64,000 nucleotides of DNA from Lama glama (Eukaryota). The stretch covers positions 23,004,001 to 23,068,000 of the forward strand of contig CM052832.1 of the NCBI GenBank assembly GCA_028534125.1, written 5' to 3'. Positions within the stretch are counted from its first letter, which is position 1, and each line of letters opens with the position of its first letter. The translations under genes and the position numbers were made by a program. Under the pieces are notes generated by a model. It was not told the origin of the DNA, did no database searches, and saw only the letters and a list, made by a program, of their open reading frames with translations. Below are positions 24,466-38,175 of this stretch, piece by piece.

Positions 24466-27449
24466 GGTAACTCAGAATGACTCTGAAATGAGTTCTGCCC
24501 ACTGTTATACAGAAGTTTTTGGGGCCCCTGATCCAGTTGCCAATGATGGAGACAAGTTTTATCACTAAATTGATCTGACATTACTAATATTTCATTCTAG
24601 TTTCAGGTCCCAGGTAAAATCCCTTAAAACTCTATGGAAAACGCAAAAAAGCATCTTTAAGTTCTTTGAAGTTATTTTATAGAAAGGAAAAGGAAATAAA
24701 AACATAAAAGCCAGAGGTTCAGATTTCTATATGTTTTATCAGTTAAAATATTGCACAGTATTTTGGTGATGCCTAATTTTAAGGCATGAAAAATGTACTT
24801 ATCTTTCATATTTTTCCAGATGAGCGCTTTATCATTAAAGTTTTTCAGAAATAAAATTATTTCATTGTTTCTGTAATATCTTGGTATTTTATGAGTTTTT
24901 TCTTTTGACAACAGAATAAACTTCTTAAATTCATAATTTTAAAAGAACATTCTGTGGTTAAAAATCCTTCCCTTGTGCATTTATAATGTAATTGGTTTTC
25001 TTGTCAAAACCCACAACATACTTTCAAAGTTTATCAAATATTTTGAATATTCCCACAATCATCAGTATAGTATTGGGTTTTTTCCCCAATGTCACATTAT
25101 TCAGCATTCCTGTCCATTGCATAATCAGTTAGTAAGTTTTAGATATGAAAATGATAACTTTGATAGAATTTCAAAAATGAATACACCACAAGGGCCAACT
25201 GAGAGTGTTCCCAAACCTAAGCCACTTTACAGTTTCCCCTCTATCTCTTTTCCGTATGTGACAATTTTCAGCTACAGGGACTAAGCCTGGTGTTGTCCAA
25301 CCACTGCTTCCACTGTTGTCAAGTGAGCGACAATAATGTACACTGTGAATGTGACTCACAGAGGGTATAAATTATTCTGTAAGATTCAAGACACATCAGT
25401 AATCCAAGTGAAGGATGGAAAACATTTCTCTCTTGGTTAAAAAAAAAAAGGATATGTCCACTTCTATTTAGATCACAAAATCTCACAGAATCTCTAAAAC
25501 TAAAACATTAATATTTGACTCATCTGGATATAGAACAAGAAAGCAAGCCAGTAGGGTTTCCTTATTATTAATGCACAGGGTACCACTGGTACCACTACAG
25601 TCAATTCTGAATTTCCACTTTAACTACATTTGGTCTTGAGATTGTTTTGTTCTTCAGTTTTACTGAAATACCCTCAGGAGGATTAAACTTTGCTTGGACA
25701 AATTCCAATTATCATAAACCTTCAACAAGCCAACTTATGAATATTTAGTCTTCTCCTCATGTTCAAAACCATCCAAATAAAGATGGTAATATAAAGAAAT
25801 GGCCCCTAACAGGCATGATTATCAACTCTAAAGAAATGTCAGTGTCTATGGATTTGAGACATGAAATGTATTTAATATTAAACGACTCTTTAACAAGGTA
25901 TGAACTTTCCTCTTCAATTAATTATTGATCCAGGCACTCATCTCCCTTCCATTTAAAACTTTTAAACAAAGTGTCTGAAGCATCTGGGTTTGGTGCTAGA
26001 GGAGAAGGCAGTCATTGACTTGAGTTGTCTGGAGGTGTGATCAGAAAGAAGTTTTAACAATGAGGAAAAAGAGCCATCAAGCAAACACTAAATAACAACA
26101 AGCAAATTCTGTTGAAATGTTTAGCTAAATGGAACCCAAACAGTCACAGTTCACAATTTCATAAATACATTAATTAGAAGTGTCTCCAAATAGCATGTGA
26201 TTTTGAATTATTAACATAAAATGCTGCATTATAAATGACTGCAAATTGCATTCCTAGTGTTCTCCATGCTTAATTTATTATGCCGTAGGAAAATTTGCAA
26301 ATTACTTCACTGTTTTACACTTAATGGCTAGTTTTATGTGTATATTATTACTTTAAGATAAAATTAAATTAGTGTACATACGTGATACGTGACATGTTAC
26401 AGGAAGCAGTAAAAGTTGGGTCCAAGAAAATGGCCCATCGCCCTTTCTTATGGATGTGTTTCACTCACAGTGATTGCTTGCTAAGTTTCTACTTAAGGCC
26501 TGGCTACCCTTCTCTGTCTCTGTACTCTCTCTGCTTTCTTCCCTATGGATGTAGTCCATCTATAATGGTACAAAAGTTTTAGTAAACTGTGCAAAGCACA
26601 GCTTTTCGTCAGTGAGCGCCTCTTGGTATCATACTCATAAACACATAGAGATTAAACTCTCTGAGCATGAAAGAGCCAGGAACCCGGCCAAACTTAACCG
26701 TGATGGATGTTGTCATTCACACTGTGAGAACACACTCTGAATATTTTCCTTTATTTGAAAGCAGTGATATCTGTAAAAATTTTCAAATATTACAGGTTAT
26801 CTATGCCAATACCTTTCAACTCTCCTTATTTCCTATGATTTTGTCTTTTATTTCACCTTTATATCGCTATTTTAGCTACATACTTTCTAAAGAAGTGATT
26901 TTTCACTTATTCTTTTTTTAGCTATAGAAACCCTTTATTAAATGAAGCTTAAAAAGCCATTAGTCTCAGTCTGAATGGAATAAGCCTTATCCAGATAATT
27001 TAATATGCTAACATAGTGTGAATTTTTAAATTACATACAAAAAAAAATGATTTATCTTACCCTACGTGTCAGCATCTAAGAAGAGGACCTTCTCCAGGTT
27101 CTCCCTTCTAACACTGCTTCCTTCCCTCCTCTGGGGACACCAAGATATTGATTTGCCCACATTTTCTATGAAGAGCGATCGCTGTGGTTAAAAGTCGTGC
27201 ACCGCACTGTAGCTCTCTATTCATCTTCATCTTCCATCTGTGTCACCAGAACCCAAGCTGAACTACTTACTCTGCCTTCTTTATTTTGGCTACACGTTGT
27301 AACTGGTGGTATTACTCAGTCTTAGATAGAGGACGAGAACGGGTCCTTAGGCCTCATCTTGCCTGGGCCATATGCTTAAGCTCAATTCACTGGTGTTCTG
27401 AAGTAGATGCATGTAGAGCTTCATAAAGTATGAATTGCCATCTTTTTAA

Positions 27450-28300
27450 TTTCTCCTTCCTCCTTTCTCAGCAGAGCTTCTGGAAAGAGTTTTCTACATT
27501 GACTATCCTTATTTTCCCATATAGTGCTCTCTCTTCAAAACACTAGACTCTAATTTCACCCTTCCCACTCCACTGAAATTACTCTTACCAAGTGACCAAT
27601 AAACTCCTGGTTGCTAAATCTAATTTGTTGTTGCCTTTAAATTTTTCACTTGTAGAATTCCTCTGTGGATTTTGCACTTGGCTATTCCTAATTTACTGAG
27701 ATTCTCTATTTTCATGATGTCTATAATAAACACTGTGTTCCATTTTCCCTGATTTTTCTGGCCAGTTATACCCATGTTCCTGTGTGGCTTCATCTTTGTC
27801 TACTTGTGCCTTAAATGTCAGCATTTATCCAAGTTCTGCCATCACATACTCTCCTTGGTTCTTTTTATCCTATCAATTTGAAAGCATCACATTACCTCAC
27901 ATATCAGTACCTTCACCCTGATTCTGATTTAAACTCCAGATCTGTATATTCAACTGCCNNNNNNNNNNNNNNNNNNNNNNNNNNNNNNNNNNNNNNNNNN
28001 NNNNNNNNNNNNNNNNNNNNNNNNNNNNNNNNNNNNNNNNNNNNNNNNNNNNNNNNNNTAAATTCTCCAGTTTCATCATTTTTGGTGACCCCGGAATATA
28101 CCTAAGTGTTCTACTTGTGATTACCCTAATATAACATATTCGCTCCCATTTCTATGGTTTTTTACATACCTCCCTTTCTGCCTGAATTATCTTCTCCCTC
28201 TATTCTATCTTCATTATCTATATAAGTTAGACTCACCCTTCAAGAAGCAGCTCAGATGGCAATTAAGATACTGTTGTATTACTGCTGTATCATTGTCTCT
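27450..28300 (+). mobile_element. L2 fragment spanning a gap
   Basis: CCACTCCACTGAAATTACTCTTACCAAG..CTCCTGGTTGCTAAATCTAAT..CTCCAGATCTGTATATTCAACTGCC. Confidence 0.7.
27959..28058. other. Assembly gap (100 N)
   Basis: N run. Confidence 1.
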
Positions 28301-28739
28301 TTTCCTAATAGCCTGAAAATCCTCATGTTCAGAGACTGTCCAATTTATCCATGTGCATTCAGTGATTTCCTTTGTCTGTCTCATATAAGCATTCCAAAAT
28401 GATATGAAAATATATTGAAAATTCAGGCTGAGGACCCAGAGTCTACTTGTATGAACAGGAAAATATTTATGGCAAAATGAGATCTGAACAGTAGATAAGA
28501 AATAATGGGAAGCTAGAATTTCATGGGCAGAAACAAATTGCAAATATACTAGACAGGAAATAGTGACATGTCCAATCAAACTAAAGGGTTTGGTTAAGGA
28601 GGGAGAGAAGTCTTGAAAATGTAATTGTTAGCTGCAATGCCAAGCCAAGAATTTTAGAATATATTCCGTAAGCAATACAAAGGAACTATAGCCTTGTGAA
28701 CAAGGAGATGTTATGCTCAAAGCAAAAGTAGTCCAGCCT

Positions 28740-28862
28740 AACAGAGCACCTGGACTTCCTGGAGTTTTGTTTTTGTTTTAAACAGCAAATGCCTGAGATC
28801 CACTCCAAGCAATTCTGACTCAGAAGCTCCCCAGGTGACATACATAGATTTGAGAACTATCA
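28740..28862 (+). mobile_element. MER5-like fragment
   Basis: AAATGCCTGAGATCCACTCC..ATTCTGACTCAG..CTCCCCAGGTGA..TTTGAGAACTA. Confidence 0.5.
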
Positions 28863-29369
28863 TCTTAAAGCGATAGTTTCTGAAGATTAATCTTAAAATT
28901 TATGATGAATTTATCAGAAAGTAAACTTCACAAACTTTTATTTACCTTGATAATAGTGTGAATTATAGAGTTTAATGATCATTTACCAACATATTATCGC
29001 TCACATTTATACACATTTTTTTAGGGAAAAGAATATTTAATTCATTTAAAAATTCCTATGTACTCGCACAACACATATTTGGCCCTCAACAAATTTCCAT
29101 AATATAAATAAATAACTATCTTAAATGACATTAAAAGTCACAAGTGGTAGCCTTCAACTTAGGACAGAGGAATGAACACAAGTATTTTCTCTTCTCCCAC
29201 TTCTGACTCCGTAAACGACAGTTAAAAACAAAGGTATAAATCGAAAACTATGAAGAAAATGGGAGTCGACAAGGACAAGTGATTTCAATAAATTGCTATT
29301 AGACAGAAATTGGATGGTGTAATATTAAATATACATACCAAAATAAACCACAATATGTAACATTGATAA

Positions 29370-29738
29370 TCATCAGTGAAATGCAAAGCAAATCCACAAA
29401 TATCATCTCACACCTAGCAAAATGACTATCATCAAGAACTGTACAAATAACAAGCATTGGCAAGAATGTGGAGAAAAGGAAACCTTACTATGCTGTTGGT
29501 AGGAATGTAAATTGGTGCAGCCACTATGGAAAACAGTATGGAGGTTCCTTAAAAAACTAAAAATAGAACTACCATACGATGTAGCAATTCTATTGCTGGA
29601 TATATGTGCTAAGAAAACAAAAGCACTAATTCAAAAAGATACATGCACTCCAATGTTCATAGCAGCATTATTTACAATAGCCAAGATATGGAAGAAACCT
29701 AGGTGTTCATTTACAGATGAATCGATAAAGAAGATGTG

Positions 29739-29779
<41 letters not shown>

Positions 29780-30200
29780 CGATGGAATATTACTCAGCCA
29801 CAAAAAGAATGAAATTCTGCCATTTGCAACAACATGGATGGACCTAGAGGGACTATGTTTAGTGAAATAAGTCAGACAGAGAAAGACAAATATTCTGTTA
29901 TCACTTATATGTAGAATCTTTAAAATACATATATAACAAAGCAGAAACAAACTCACAGATATAGAGAACAAACTAGTGATTATCAGTGGGGAGGAGGGAA
30001 GGGGTAAGATAGGGGTATGGGCCTAAGAGATACACACTACTATGTATAAAATAAATGAGCAACAAGGATAAATTGTACAGCACAGGGAAATATAGCCATT
30101 ATTTTATAATAATTTTAAATGGAGTATAACCTATTAAAAATTGAATCACTATGTTGTACCCTTGAAACTAATTGTAAATCAACTATACTTAAATTTAAAA
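29370..30200 (+). mobile_element. L1 ORF2 C-terminus plus 3' UTR (cetartiodactyl-age)
   Basis: ORF 29512 [38 protein letters not shown] is the L1 ORF2 C-terminus; 3' UTR TACAGCACAGGGAAATATAGCC. Confidence 0.95.
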
Positions 30201-30919
30201 GAACCACAATGAGAGAACATTCAAAGGCACTCCACCTTGTTTCCACCCTCCTGAACCAAAAGAAGAGTAAATTCGATAATTGGTATGAGCACTTCTCAGC
30301 ACGTGAAGGTCAGTGCCTCTGAGTGATTGCAACTTTCAGGGTTGGCAACTCTTGTGGACAGAGACATTCCCTTCTGTCCCAGGTCCAAGTCTGGAGGCCC
30401 ATAATTATTAAGGCCCAGTTTCTAGGGGATCTCAAACTGGCTGTGTCAATGCTTGTCCTGTTTGTAAATTTAAGTGAGTTTCAAGTCTAGGCTTTTGGAA
30501 AAGTAATAAAAATCCAGTGTTGCCACAAGTCCAGTCCATCTTATCTTGTCCAGTTTTTCCAGGAATAAAGCTGACATTTCTTCTCCAATGTGATACCTGT
30601 CTACTTTTCAGTTGATTCCTATATGTGGAGAAAAAGGTTATAAGGGGAAAGGCATGTAAATATCACCTCAAAGAGAGATTCCAGGGAGAGAGATGGAGGA
30701 GGAAATATGGGGGTGAAAACAGGAAGGTTGATTAGAAATCTGTGTATCAAAAATTCTCAAATACCCTATATGACTGACCTATCTCCTCCATACCAATGAA
30801 CAAGCTTCACGAACACATAAGGAGCACACATTTAACTTTTAATTGCTTTAGTCTTAAACAGATATGGGCAATGAACGAATACCAACTTTTTAAAGAAACC
30901 TACAAAATTCTACACTTAG

Positions 30920-31240
30920 AAAAATAAACAGACTCACAGACATGGAAAACAAACTTGCGGTTACCAGCACGGGAAGGGTGGGAAGGGATAAATTGGGAGT
31001 TCGAGATTTGTAGATACTGACTGGTATATATAAAATAGATGAACAAAGTTATACTGTATAGCACAGGGAACTATATTCAATATCTTGTAGTAGCTTATGG
31101 TGAAAAAGAATATGAAAATGAATACATGTATATTCATGTATGACTGAAGTGTGCTATACACCAGAAATTGACACAACATTGTAAACTGACTATACTTCAA
31201 TAAAAAACATACAAAAAAAGAAAAGAAAAAGAAACACAAT
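30920..31240 (+). mobile_element. 5'-truncated lineage-specific L1 3' UTR
   Basis: ACAGACTCACAGAC..GGGAAGGGATAAATTGGGAG..TATAGCACAGGGAACTATATTCAATATCTTG..A-rich tail. Confidence 0.9.
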
Positions 31241-31444
31241 AAAAAGTGACCCCAAAGGAAACAAAAAGTTAAAAGAGTAGAAGATGTTTTATACTGTTAA
31301 ATCTCTCACTGGGATCCTCAGGGGCATTCGAAGATACATTCTATTCATAAAACTAGGACAGAATACTATGGGAAACAAAAGGAATTTTCAGAAAACAAGA
31401 AAAATATCTTAGGAATTAATAATAGCAATGGTAATTTTTAAATT

Positions 31445-31740
31445 TCAGAATTTACCCAAGAGAATAAAGGTATTCTTACACAAAAACTTGTCTGCATAAC
31501 CATCAAAAACTGGAAAATTATTCAAATGTCCTACAATTTGTTAATTCATTCTAAATTAAAATAAATCTAAACTGTGGTATATCTACACAATGGGATACAA
31601 CTCATCAAGAAAGGTAACAAATTATTGATACGTACAACGACAGGGATTAAAGATGTGATGCTAAATTAAAGAAACCACGCATGAAAGGCTTCACGCCACG
31701 TTATTTCATTTTTATGACGTTCTCAAAAGGTCAATACTGG
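31445..31740 (+). mobile_element. Old L1 (L1MB/MC-like) fragment
   Basis: ATTTACCCAAGAGAA..CACAAAAACTTG..AACTGTGGTATATCTACACAATGG. Confidence 0.7.
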
Positions 31741-32324
31741 TCAATAGATAATGTCAGAAGTTAGTAAAATAAAAATAAAGATGTATTAGCACGTTTTGGA
31801 ATAAATAATACAAGATTATGCCTAAGAGTATCCTTGCATATGTCTGTGAGGGTAACTAATATCAGTGTTTGCCCCTGAGGAGCAGAAATAATGGAGAGAA
31901 TGGGTGAGACATTTGTATGTTGTGCTTTTGAAGAAAAGCTTATCTGTACTATTTGAACTTTAGCCATGTTAAGGCATGACTTTGATTAAAAACATATATA
32001 TTCAAAAATTCACAGCCTCATAAATTAAACCTGATCTGATGATTCAGCTGAAACTTTATCTTAAGTATACAGGGAGAAAAGCATATATATTTTCTGATGT
32101 TGGAAAAAATTGCTGTTTCATCTTGAAACTAAGAGAATAAAATTGACTGGACTCTTAATCCTCTTATTTCTCTAGTCTTATTAAGAAATCCAAAGTCAAA
32201 GAGTCTTCATAGTCAAAGTTTCTAATTTCACTTCTAATTCAGAAGGGAGAATAAGAAAAGTTTTGACAAAACTTTAAGGAAAAATACTAAGAATTTTCTT
32301 CTAGCAAATTCATTTTACTTTTTA

Positions 32325-32366
32325 CCCATAAACATTTTGATGACTCCCATAAACATTTTGATGATT
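32325..32366. repeat. 21-bp tandem duplication (20/21 identical)
   Basis: CCCATAAACATTTTGATGACT then CCCATAAACATTTTGATGATT. Confidence 0.9.
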
Positions 32367-33398
32367 ACAGTGGAAACAACCAAAAGTAGTAAAAAAAAAA
32401 AAGAAAGAAAGAAAGTAGTTTGTAGGGGTCAAGTGCTAGAAAAACACATCTTGCTTCTTCTTATTGCAAAATATTTGGTAATGAATTGTTGACTTTGTTG
32501 AATATGCAGAGCAAACAGACTGTCCACCTCCAGCCTCTGGCTTGTTTTGCTATATGGCAGAATTTTGGGGAGAAGAATACGGGAAGTACTAGAGTATGGC
32601 ATATACAGCTGTGTCATGCCATAAATTCATCAGATCTCTCTCATGAAAAATCTGATAAATATATTTTAACTTTTTTATCTTCAAAGTTCCAAACATACAC
32701 AAAACCAGAGAGAACAGTAGGATAAAATACATGTACACATCACCCAGCTTTGACAATTATCAACTCATGGCCAGTCTTTTTTTGTCTATAACGCCCACCC
32801 ACATCCCCTCCTTCTTACTACGTTAAAGTAAACCTCAGGCAATATATTATTCCATCTTTAAATATTTCAGTGTACATTGCTAAAGGTTATATACTGTTTT
32901 TCTTTAAACTCAACCACATTATACTATAACATCAAAAGATTAATAATTTTAATATCCTTAAATATCCAGTTAGTTTTCACATTTTCCTATCCCTCATAAT
33001 CTCTTTAATAATGTTTGAATTTGGATCCAAATGAAGTCCATATATTACAGTGAGTTAATATGCCTCTTAAGACTTTTTCATGTAAAGGTTCCCCTAAATC
33101 TTTTTTCTTTTGCAATTTTTTGTTAAAGAAACTCAGTTATTTGTGGTAGTAGGATGTCCCATAGTTTTGATTTTGCATCCCAACAGTATTATTTAAGCAT
33201 GTTCATTTCCTTTAAAACTTTAGTTACAGCTAAATGTTTAAACAGATTCAGGATCAAAAATTTTAACAAGACTAGTTCAGAGGTGGTGCTTCCATCTAGA
33301 GAAATACAGTAATTGGTTGTTTTACCTTTTTGTGATGTTAGCAGCCCTTGGTAACCATTGCGTAGATCCACTGAAATTCATTGTGATATTTAAAAAGG

Positions 33399-33800
33399 TG
33401 TTCTGATCACCAGTTACAGTGTGTGAGTGCATATGTGTGTGTGCGTGTGCATGTGTGTGTGTGTATATGTGTGTAGGAATCCCCACCACCAATAAGCAAT
33501 TCTCCAGATACCAGCTCAGTGTCCTACAACTCCACTCAATTCTGACACTATCTACCTGGAGATAGCATTAGATCTCACAGGTTGAGGGCTCAATCCCACA
33601 AGAGTGCTCTTCCCACATATACTTTAGACACCAGTCACAAGCCCAGGCTATTAACTGTGCTTCTCACCAACCAGCCATAAAATGTATATTCCAAGACACC
33701 TTCCAACTCAGGATGCCAATGTCAAGTCCAGGTTGTCATGTCTGACCAACCGTCTGGCTATAAATCAGAAGTCCCCTCTAGTGTTCAATCAATTTGCTGT
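33399..33800 (-). mobile_element. MER21-like LTR fragment containing a (TG)n-rich tract
   Basis: CAATTCTGACACTATCTACCTGGAGATAGCATTAGATCTCACAGGTTGAGGGCTCA..GGCTATAAATCAG..AATTTGCT. Confidence 0.75.
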
Positions 33801-33893
33801 TGATTACTCTGAGATTCAGTTGTATAGGAAAGGCAAGAAAATGCTTGGTTTTTCTCCCTTATTTATTAGTTTTCAAAATTATAAGTTCTTTAG

Positions 33894-34369
33894 TATAGAG
33901 GTTCAAAACGCACCTCCCAAAAATGTGCTGTATTTGCATGAGAATCATTTTGAGCTAAAGGCAATTGAGACCCTATGGGTCCAAGAGAAACTTCTGCCCC
34001 TTCCTTAACCTCCTAGAAGAATTCAAATTGAGGATTTTTCCCAGAAAAAGATTTATTATGAGAGATAAATTTTATCTAAGTGGCCCCATCTATATGGCAA
34101 GGCAAACATCTAATTATCAAACATCTGCTCTTTTTATTGTCCTGTGAATGACCCTTCTGTCCTTGGAAGCCCCAGGCCCCTATCCTATTCCCTAGCTCAG
34201 GATGGCTTATATAGCTCATTTTACTTTTCTGTCTCTGAATCTCTTATGTATGTGGAGTTCCCGTATACACAAAATTAAATTTGATTTTCTCCTGCTAATC
34301 TTTTAATTTATCCCTTAGACAATCCAGAAGAAACTAGAAGGGTAAGGGAAGTTTTCTTCCTCCCTGATA
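33894..34369 (+). mobile_element. ERV1-type solo LTR (MER34/MER39-like)
   Basis: CATTTTGAGCTAAAGGCAATTGAGA..TTTTCTCCTGCTAATCT..CTAGAAGGGTAAGGGAAGTTTTCTTCCTCCC terminus. Confidence 0.75.
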
Positions 34370-35791
34370 CCAACATCCTACAAAGGTGACCAATTAGGAT
34401 ATTCCCCCAGCATCTTTATGAACCCATGGATTTAAACATAATTTATGTTTTGACCCTTTGCAGTTGTTATCCTCATTACAGCTCAAATTGTCCCATCTTT
34501 GGCCACTCGTAGATTTCTCAAGTTTACTCCAAAGTCTTTCTGACCTAACCCATCTCGTCTCTTATAACTTTGCTTTCAATTATGACAGAGAGACCTGAAA
34601 TGAGCAATTTCACCAAGGAGCATTGGTAAGTTTTAATTGTAAATAGTATTAAAAGGCCACAATATTGACATTAGATGGACTCACTGGGGCTGTTCATTAT
34701 TTCTAGACCTTTCAATGGCAGAGATAGAAGTTTTCTTTTTTTTAAATTTCTCTAACTTTAATATTGAAATGATACTAGAATTTTTAAAAGTAGCAAAAAT
34801 ACTCCAGAGAATGTATGTATAGCTTTCATTCAGTTCCATCTAATGTTAACATTTTTTATAACCATAACACAATCATTAAAACCAGGAAATTAATACTGGC
34901 ACAGTATTAAGTAACCTACAGGCCTTATTAGAATTCTCCACTTTTTCAAATTAGATTATTTTTTTCAGTCCAAAATCTAATCCAGAATATCATGTCACAT
35001 TTAATTGTCATGCGTCTTTCTCTAATCTGTGACAGTTCTTCAGTCCTTTGAAGACTTTGTTTGCTTTTGGTTTTATATGACCCAATAAATATTAGACTTT
35101 CTGTGTTTGTTTGTTTGCTTGTTTGTTTCCTTTGGCCTCAGGCTATTTAGAGGAATTCAAAATAGGGAACTATCTTAATCCTTGCAGATGAAACAATGAC
35201 ATTGAACCTCCCTGGCAGCAGACATTTCTATAAAGGATAAAGAGTCAAAATTGTTGAGTTCATGGACGAGGCAGAATGTGACACCAACCATTTTTGCCCT
35301 CCCAATTTGAGACCAGTTTTCCCACCCAAGGTCCCAAGATAGCAGGAGTTCATAGTCCAGGTTCCCTCTGCTGATGAGTGCCCTCCAAAGCTGAAGGGTT
35401 TGAATTCATTGTAAGGCACCCTCTGAGCGGAAAAGAGGTGCTGGTGCATTAGGCAGACCTCACAGCTGTGGCTCACATTTCACAGGTTCCCTCCTCTTGC
35501 TCTTCTCTATCAAAAACAGGATCTACCCTGCACTGGTCCACCTTCCCAAGGTTGCTTTGTCAAAAGAGTGGACCTAACTTCTCTATACCTTCTTTACTTC
35601 TAAGAACCACTGGTTAGAAGAAAAGGTAGGCTAACCAATTTATTTTGCTGGGAAACAGAAAGTTTAGAAATAGTACAAAAGAAAAATGCTCTTATAATTA
35701 AATCCTCTGGACCAGTATAAAACTCTCTTTTTTTGACTACATTCTGAATTCTAAGTCAGTAACTCTCATATTCTCTTTTCCCAACAAGACA

Positions 35792-36291
35792 NNNNNNNNN
35801 NNNNNNNNNNNNNNNNNNNNNNNNNNNNNNNNNNNNNNNNNNNNNNNNNNNNNNNNNNNNNNNNNNNNNNNNNNNNNNNNNNNNNNNNNNNNNNNNNNNN
35901 NNNNNNNNNNNNNNNNNNNNNNNNNNNNNNNNNNNNNNNNNNNNNNNNNNNNNNNNNNNNNNNNNNNNNNNNNNNNNNNNNNNNNNNNNNNNNNNNNNNN
36001 NNNNNNNNNNNNNNNNNNNNNNNNNNNNNNNNNNNNNNNNNNNNNNNNNNNNNNNNNNNNNNNNNNNNNNNNNNNNNNNNNNNNNNNNNNNNNNNNNNNN
36101 NNNNNNNNNNNNNNNNNNNNNNNNNNNNNNNNNNNNNNNNNNNNNNNNNNNNNNNNNNNNNNNNNNNNNNNNNNNNNNNNNNNNNNNNNNNNNNNNNNNN
36201 NNNNNNNNNNNNNNNNNNNNNNNNNNNNNNNNNNNNNNNNNNNNNNNNNNNNNNNNNNNNNNNNNNNNNNNNNNNNNNNNNNNNNNNNNNN
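35792..36291. other. Assembly gap (500 N), abutting a young L1
   Basis: N run directly followed by an L1 3' UTR. Confidence 1.
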
Positions 36292-36520
36292 TGGGAAGGG
36301 ACAGACTGGGATTTCAAAATTTGTAGATACTGACAGGTATATGCAGAATAGATAAACAAGATTATACTGTATAGCACAGGGAAATATATACAAGATCTTG
36401 TGGTAGCTCACAGCAAAAAAAGAATATGTGTATGGTCACGTATGGCTGAGGAATTGTGCTCTACACTGGAATTCGACACAACGTTGTAAAATGACTATAA
36501 CTCAATAAAAAAATGTTTAA
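36292..36520 (+). mobile_element. Young camelid-type L1 3' end
   Basis: GGGAAGGGACAGACTGGGATTTCAAAATTTG..GATAAACAAGATTATACTGTATAGCACAGGGAAATATATAC..AATAAAAAAATG; closely similar to 59490-59700. Confidence 0.9.
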
Positions 36521-36636
36521 AACAAGATACATGCATCCCAATGTTCATAGCTGCGTTATTTAAAATAGCCAAGACATGGAAGCAACCTAAATGTCTATCA
36601 ACAGATGATTGACTAAAGATGTGGTGTGTGTATACA

Positions 36637-36674
<38 letters not shown>

Positions 36675-37037
36675 GGAATACTACTCAGCCATAAAAAGCA
36701 TGAAATAATGCCATTTGCAGCAACATGGATGGACTTAGATATTACCATACTAACTGAAGAAAGTCAGAGAAAGACAATCATATGCTATCACTTATATATG
36801 GAATCTAAACAAAATGAGATAAGTGAACTCATTTACAAAACAGAAATAGACTCACTGATATAGAAAACAAACTTATGGTTACCAAAGGGGAAAGTGGGGA
36901 GGGAAGGGATAAATTACGAGTTCGGGATTAGCAGATATAAACTATTCTATATAAAATAAATAATAAAGTCTTACTATAATATAGCACATATTCAATATCT
37001 TGTAGAAACCTATAAGGAAAAAGAATATGTATGCACG

Positions 37038-37069
<32 letters not shown>

Positions 37070-37140
37070 ACTGAATCACTATGCTGTACATCAGAAATCA
37101 ACAAACACTGTAAATCAGCTATACTTCAATAAAAAAAGAA
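36521..37140 (+). mobile_element. L1 ORF2 end plus 3' UTR (older subfamily), with (CA)n and (CA)n(TA)n tracts
   Basis: GATACATGCATCCCAATGTTCATAG..GCCATTTGCAGCAACATGGATGGAC..CTATACTTCAATAAAAAAA. Confidence 0.95.
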
Positions 37141-37564
37141 ATATCCCAAGCATGCAAACATTGATGGAAAAAGTGTATAGTTCCTATGTGATACATTGAT
37201 AGAATAATATTTACATTTCTATCCTATTTCATAGAAATACCCATGTATTTACAGTAACCATAATAACTAGCTATATTTAAATATAAGAATAGGAATCTTA
37301 GAAAGAGTAATACTCTATTTTGGTCTTGGATAAATTAATACAAATTCAATTTACCCATATTTTGAAGGAACATATTTTCAGAATAATTTTGACTAAATAC
37401 ATGTTCGAAATGTCCATAAAATTCCCTCAACCATGCATATAGTAAAAAAAAAAAGTAAGAGAAACAACAGATAATACCAATAATAAATTCTCCCAAGACC
37501 ATAAAATATATTGGAGTTGATTTGAATAGCGCAATCAGTCCACATGAATGTTTTAGGCAACTTG

Positions 37565-38175
37565 GTTTAATTCAGCAAACTTTCACTGAACAGCTATTTA
37601 TGCCAGATACAGAATTAGGTAATGAGGCTATGGAGCTGAATATGACACAATTCCTATTCTCTAGGATTTTAAATATTCTAGATGGAAGAAGATGGAGGGT
37701 AAGAGCAGAACTGGCATTTACTGGAAACCTAAGTATATTATCTTATATAATCTTCACAACCTCCCTATGAGCTAGATATTATTATCTCCACTTCTCAGAT
37801 GAGGAAACTGAGGCTTAGAGAATTAAATAAATCACCCAAGAATAACTATTAGTGAGACATAGATATGTAATTTCTACTTCACTCCATCTGGTTCCAAAAT
37901 CCGTGTTCTGTCTCCAGCCTTACTGTGATGTATTAAACCAGACCAAGCTGCATCACACTCTAATAGAGATAGGCATAGGAACAAATAATTACAATCCACC
38001 ACGATGCAGGTGATACTCAGAGTACCCACAATGTAGAGACGTAACAGACAAGGAATGATCAACTTTGCTCCTTGGGGTAGGCTCAGAGACACTTGAACAA
38101 AGTGGTTAATTTTGCAGTGCAACTGGAGATTAGGCAGGAATTTCACAAGTGACAAGGGAAGAAAGAATACTCAGT
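37565..38175 (-). mobile_element. L2 fragments flanking a MIR (~37710-37925)
   Basis: L2: ATTCAGCAAAC..TATGCCAGATACAG; MIR: CTTCACAACCTCCCTATGAG..CAGATGAGGAAACTGAGGCTTAGAGA. Confidence 0.75.

Larger units (their letters stand above)
32665..35060 (-). mobile_element. L1MC-like 3' UTR pieces (minus), interrupted by two LTRs
   Basis: CATCACCCAGCTTTGACAATTATCAACTCATGGCC; TGAACCCATGGATTTAAACATA..TCAAATTGTCCCATCTTTGGCCA; AAAACCAGGAAATTAATACTGG. Confidence 0.75.

Noticed and set aside
26612..26630. Second CTCF-like motif (reverse ATACCAAGAGGCGCT)
   Set aside because: Mismatches at the conserved 5' CC and core positions make it a weak match.
35737..36411. Long ORFs containing X runs (also 58702-59484 and 27815-28105)
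   Set aside because: Artefacts of translating through N gaps; the only real coding part is L1 ORF2 at 58513-58875.
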